A stretch of 64,000 bases of DNA. It comes from Eledone cirrhosa. Taxonomy: Eukaryota. The notes below the pieces were generated by a model, which saw only the letters and a list, made by a program, of their open reading frames with translations, was not told the origin of the DNA and did not search any database. The position numbers and the translations under genes were made by a program. Below, piece by piece: positions 60,601 through 64,000 of the stretch (positions are counted from its first letter, which is position 1; every line of letters starts with the position of its first letter). The stretch spans positions 375,410,001 through 375,474,000 of the forward strand of contig OZ024742.1 in the NCBI GenBank assembly GCA_964016885.1. Direction: 5' to 3'.

Positions 60601-63600
60601 TGCATTTGACTTCTTCTGTGCTTTTGACTTCTTCTGTGCCTTTGACTTCTTCTGTGCCTTTGACTTATCCTGTGCCTTTGACTTCTTCTGTGCTTTTGTT
60701 TTCTTCTGTGCTTTTGACTTCTTCTATGCCTTTGACTTCTTCTGTGCCTTTGTCTTCTTCTGTGCCTTTGACTTCTTCTGTGCCTTTGACTTCTTCTGTG
60801 CTTTTGTTTTCTTCTGTGCTTTTGACTTCTTCTGTGCCTTTGACTTCTTCTGTGCCTTTGACTTCTTCTGTGCTTTTGACATCTTCTGAGCCTTTGACTT
60901 CTTCTGTGCCTTTGACTTCTTCTGTGCCTTTGTCTTCTTCTGTGCCTTTGACTTCTTCTGTGCTTTTGTCTTCTTCTGTGCCTTTGACTTCTTCTGTGCT
61001 TTTGACTTCTTCTGTGCCTTTGACTTCTTTTGTACTTTTGTTTTCTTCTGTGCTTTTGACTTCTTCTGTGCCTTTGACTTCTTCTGTGCCTTTGACTTCT
61101 TCTGTGCCTTTGACTTCTTCTGTGCTTTTCTCTTCTTCTGTGCCTTTGACTTCTTCTGTGCTTTTGTCTTCTTCTGTGCCTTTGACTTCTTCTGGGCTTT
61201 TGACTTCTTCTGTGCCTTTGACTTCTTCTGTGCTTTTGTTTTCTTCTGTGCCTTTGACTTCTTCTGTGCCTTTGACTTCTTCTGTGCATTTGACTTCTTC
61301 TGTGCTTTTGACTTCTTCTGTGCCTTTGACTTCTTCTGTGCCTTTGTCTTCTTCTGTGCCTTTGACTTCTTCTGTGCTTTTGTTTTCTTCTGTGCCTTTA
61401 ACTTCTTCTGTGCCTTTGACTTCTTCTGTGCCTTTAACTTCTTCTGTGCTTTTGACTTCTTCTGTGCCTTTGACTTCTTCTGTGCCTTTGACTTCTTCTG
61501 TGCTTTTGACTTCTTCTGTGCCTTTGACTTCTTCTGTGCCTTTGACTTCTTCTGTGCCTTTGTCTTCTTCTGTGCCTTTGACTTCTTCTGTGCCTTTGAC
61601 TTCTTCTGTGCTTTTGTTTTCTTCTGTGCTTTTGACTTCTTCTGTGCCTTTGACTTCTTCTGTGCCTTTGACTTCTTCTGTGCCTTTGACTTCTGCTGTG
61701 GTTTTGACTTCTTCTGTGCTTTTGACTTCTTCTGTGCTTTTGACTTCTTCTGTGCCTTTGACTTCTTCTGTGCTTTTGTTTTCTTCTGTACTTTTGACTT
61801 CTTCTGTGCCTTTGACTTCTTCTCTGCCTTTGACTTCTTCTGTGCTTTTGACTTCTTCTGTGCCTTTGACTTCTTCTGTGCCTTTGACTTCTTCTGTGCT
61901 TTTGACTTCTTCTGTGCTTTGACTTCTTCTGTGCCTTTGTCTTCTTCTGTGCCTTTGACTTCTTCTGTGCTTTTGTTTTCTTCTGTGCTTTTGACTTCTT
62001 CTGTGCCTTTGAATTCTTCTGTGACTTTAACTTCTTCTGTGCTTTTGACTTATACTGTGCCATTGACTTCTTCTGTGCCTTTGACTCCTTCTGTGCTTTT
62101 GACTTCTTCTGTGCCTTTGACTTCTTCTGTGCCTTTGACTTCTTCTGTGCCTTTGTCTTCTTCTGTGCCTTTGACCTCTTCTGTGCCTTTGACTTCTTCT
62201 GTGCTTTTGTTTTCTTCTGTGCTTTTGACTTCTTCTGTGCCTTTGTCTTCTTCTGTGCCTTTGACTTCTTCTGTGCCTTTGACTTCTTCTGTGCCTTTGA
62301 CTTCTTCTGTTCTTTTGACTTCTTCTGTATCTTTGACTTCTTCTGTGCTTTTGACTTCTTCTGTGCCTTTGACTTCTTCTGTGCTTTTGACTTCTTCTGT
62401 GCCTTTGACTTCTTCTGTGCCTTTGTCTTCTTCTGTGCCTTTGACTTCTTCTGTGCCTTTGTCTTCTTCTGTGCTTTTGACTTCTTCTGTGCCTTTGTCT
62501 TCTTCTGCGCCTTTGTCTTCTTCTGTGCTTTTGTCTTCTTCTGTGCCTTTGTCTTCTTCTGTGCCTTTGTCTTCTTCTGTGCCTTTGTCTTCTTCTGTGC
62601 CTTTGTCTTCTTCTGTGCCTTTGTCTTCTTCTGCGCTTTTGTTTTCTTCTGTGCTTTTGACTTCTTCTGTGCCTTTGACTTCTTCTGTGCCTTTGACCTC
62701 TTCTGTGCCTTTGACTTCTTCTGTGCTTTTGTTTTCTTCTGTGCTTTTGACTTCTTCTGTGCCTTTGTCTTCTTCTGTGCCTTTGACTTCTTCTGTGCCT
62801 TTGACTTCTTCTGTGCCTTTGACTTCTTCTGTTCTTTTGACTTCTTCTGTGCCTTTGACTTCTTCTGTGCTTTTGACTTCTTCTGTGCCTTTGACTTCTT
62901 CTGTGCTTTTGACTTCTTCTGTGCCTTTGACTTCTTCTGTGCCTTTGTCTTCTTCTGTGCCTTTGACTTCTGTGCCTTTGTCTTCTTCTGTGCTTTTGAA
63001 TTCTTCTGTGCCTTTGTCTTCTTCTGTGCCTTTGTCTTCTTCTGTGCTCTTGTCTTCTTCTGTGCATTTGTCTTCTTCTGTGCCTTTGTCTTCTTCTGTG
63101 CCTTTGTCTTCTTCTGTGCTTTTGTTTTCTTCTGTGCTTTTGACTTCTTCTGTGCCTTTGACTTCTTCTGTGCCTTTGACTTCTTCTGTGCTTTTGACAT
63201 CTTCTGTGCCTTTGACTTCTTCTGTGCCTTTGACTTCTTCTGTGCCTTTGTCTTCTTCTGTGCCTTTGACTTCTTCTGTGCTTTTGTCTTCTTCTGTGCC
63301 TTTGACTTCTTCTGTGCTTTTGACTTCTTCTGTGCCTTTGACTTCTTTTGTGCTTTTGTTTTCTTCTGTGCTTTTGACTTCTTCTGTGCCTTTGACTTCT
63401 TCTGTGCCTTTGACTTCTTCTGTGCCTTTGACTTCTTCTGTGCTTTTCTCTTCTTCTGTGCCTTTGACTTCTTCTGTGCTTTTGACTTCTTCTGTGCCTT
63501 TGACTTCTTCTGTGCTTTTGTTTTCTTCTGTGTCTTTGACTTCTTCTGTGCCTTTGACTTCTTCTGTGCATTTGACTTCTTCTGTGCTTTTGACTTCTTC

Positions 63601-64000
63601 TGTGCCTTTGACTTCTTCTGTGCCTTTGACTTCTTCTGTGCCTTTGACTTCTTCTGTGCCTTAGACTTCTTCTGTGCTTTTGTTTTCTTCTGTGCTTTTG
63701 ACTTCTTCTGTGCCTTTGTCTTCTTCTGTGCCTTTGACTTCTTCTGTGCTTTTGACTTCTTCTGTGCCTTTGACTTCTTCTGTGCCTTTGACTTCTTCTG
63801 TGCCTTTGTCTTCTTCTGTGCCTTTGACTTCTTCTGTGCCTTTGACTTCTTCTGTGCTTTTGTTTCCTTCTGTGCTTTTGACTTCTTCTGTGCCTTTGAC
63901 TTCTTCTGTGCCTTTGACTTCTTCTGTGCCTTTGACTTCTTCTGTGCCTTTGACTTCTTCTGTGCTTTTGTTTTCTTCTGTGCCTTTGACTTCTGTGCCT

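Larger units (their letters stand above)
1..64000. repeat. 18-bp tandem satellite / giant minisatellite, consensus ACTTCTTCTGTGCCTTTG, about 3,560 head-to-tail monomers, open at both window edges
   Basis: Seen directly on every line. Register arithmetic is consistent: from monomer start 1 to monomer start 63989 is 3558 x 18 bp, minus seventeen 3-bp deletions and five 1-bp deletions. Dominant variants are GCC>GCT, GAC>GTC and GAC>GTT. No inversions or unique inserts were seen. Confidence 0.99.
37430..64000. repeat. HOR layer C: more diverged, mosaic array with 1.7-4.3 kb duplication units
   Basis: Variants absent from the first 38 kb include GAATTC (18 sites counted, 38288-62998), TATACTGTGCCATT, CTGAGCC, GCTCTTGTC, the 17-bp TGTCTTCTG monomer and a T9 run. 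GTC-monomer runs are also longer, up to 8 in a row. Confidence 0.85.

Noticed and set aside
1833-63571. (RRSQRH)n protamine- or SR-like ORFs on the - strand
   Set aside because: They are repeatedly terminated by the common TTAAC variant (CAA>TAA), and their ATGs arise from the GCAT variant. ORF boundaries simply track HOR markers.
10-63664. (VPLTSS)n mucin-like ORFs on the + strand
   Set aside because: Starts are just the GTG present in every monomer, and ends are the recurrent CCTTAGAC variant. There is no signal peptide or unique domain, and the commonest variant is P>L.
1-64000. CRISPR array or spacer-bearing repeat system
   Set aside because: Monomers abut directly with no unique spacers, no palindromic repeat, no leader and no cas or RT genes.
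1-64000. Telomerase-synthesised telomeric tract
   Set aside because: It has no G-run telomere motif. The variants are inherited in kb-scale ordered blocks, which indicates recombination or duplication rather than templated addition.
1-64000. Pure sequencing artefact (concatemer or rolling-circle read)
   Set aside because: Variants are discrete, nested, position-restricted and nearly indel-free, unlike error noise or copies of a single circle. The exact copy number of the large duplications could still be mis-assembled.

Overview
The whole 64-kb window lies inside one uninterrupted 18-bp tandem array (+ strand consensus ACTTCTTCTGTGCCTTTG; - strand CAAAGGCACAGAAGAAGT), about 3,560 monomers long, with no unique flanking DNA at either end. 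The monomer is 44% GC, has no CpG and is 14/18 pyrimidine on the + strand. Variant monomers are not random. They recur in a fixed order that defines a higher-order repeat (HOR) of about 1.5-2.1 kb, further amplified by 3-5.7 kb duplications and arranged in three variant-defined layers (about 1-22.7, 22.7-37.4 and 37.4-64 kb). Because 18 is a multiple of 3, five frames read as hexapeptide repeats (+ CAFDFF, VPLTSS; - EEVKGT, KKSKAQ, RRSQRH). Each of these registers is broken somewhere by stops or by -1 monomers that were copied along with the HOR. The best-supported call is a non-coding eukaryotic-type satellite or giant minisatellite, possibly descended from a coding repeat. I found no conventional gene, RNA gene, mobile element or CRISPR array, and the organism cannot be identified from this window.
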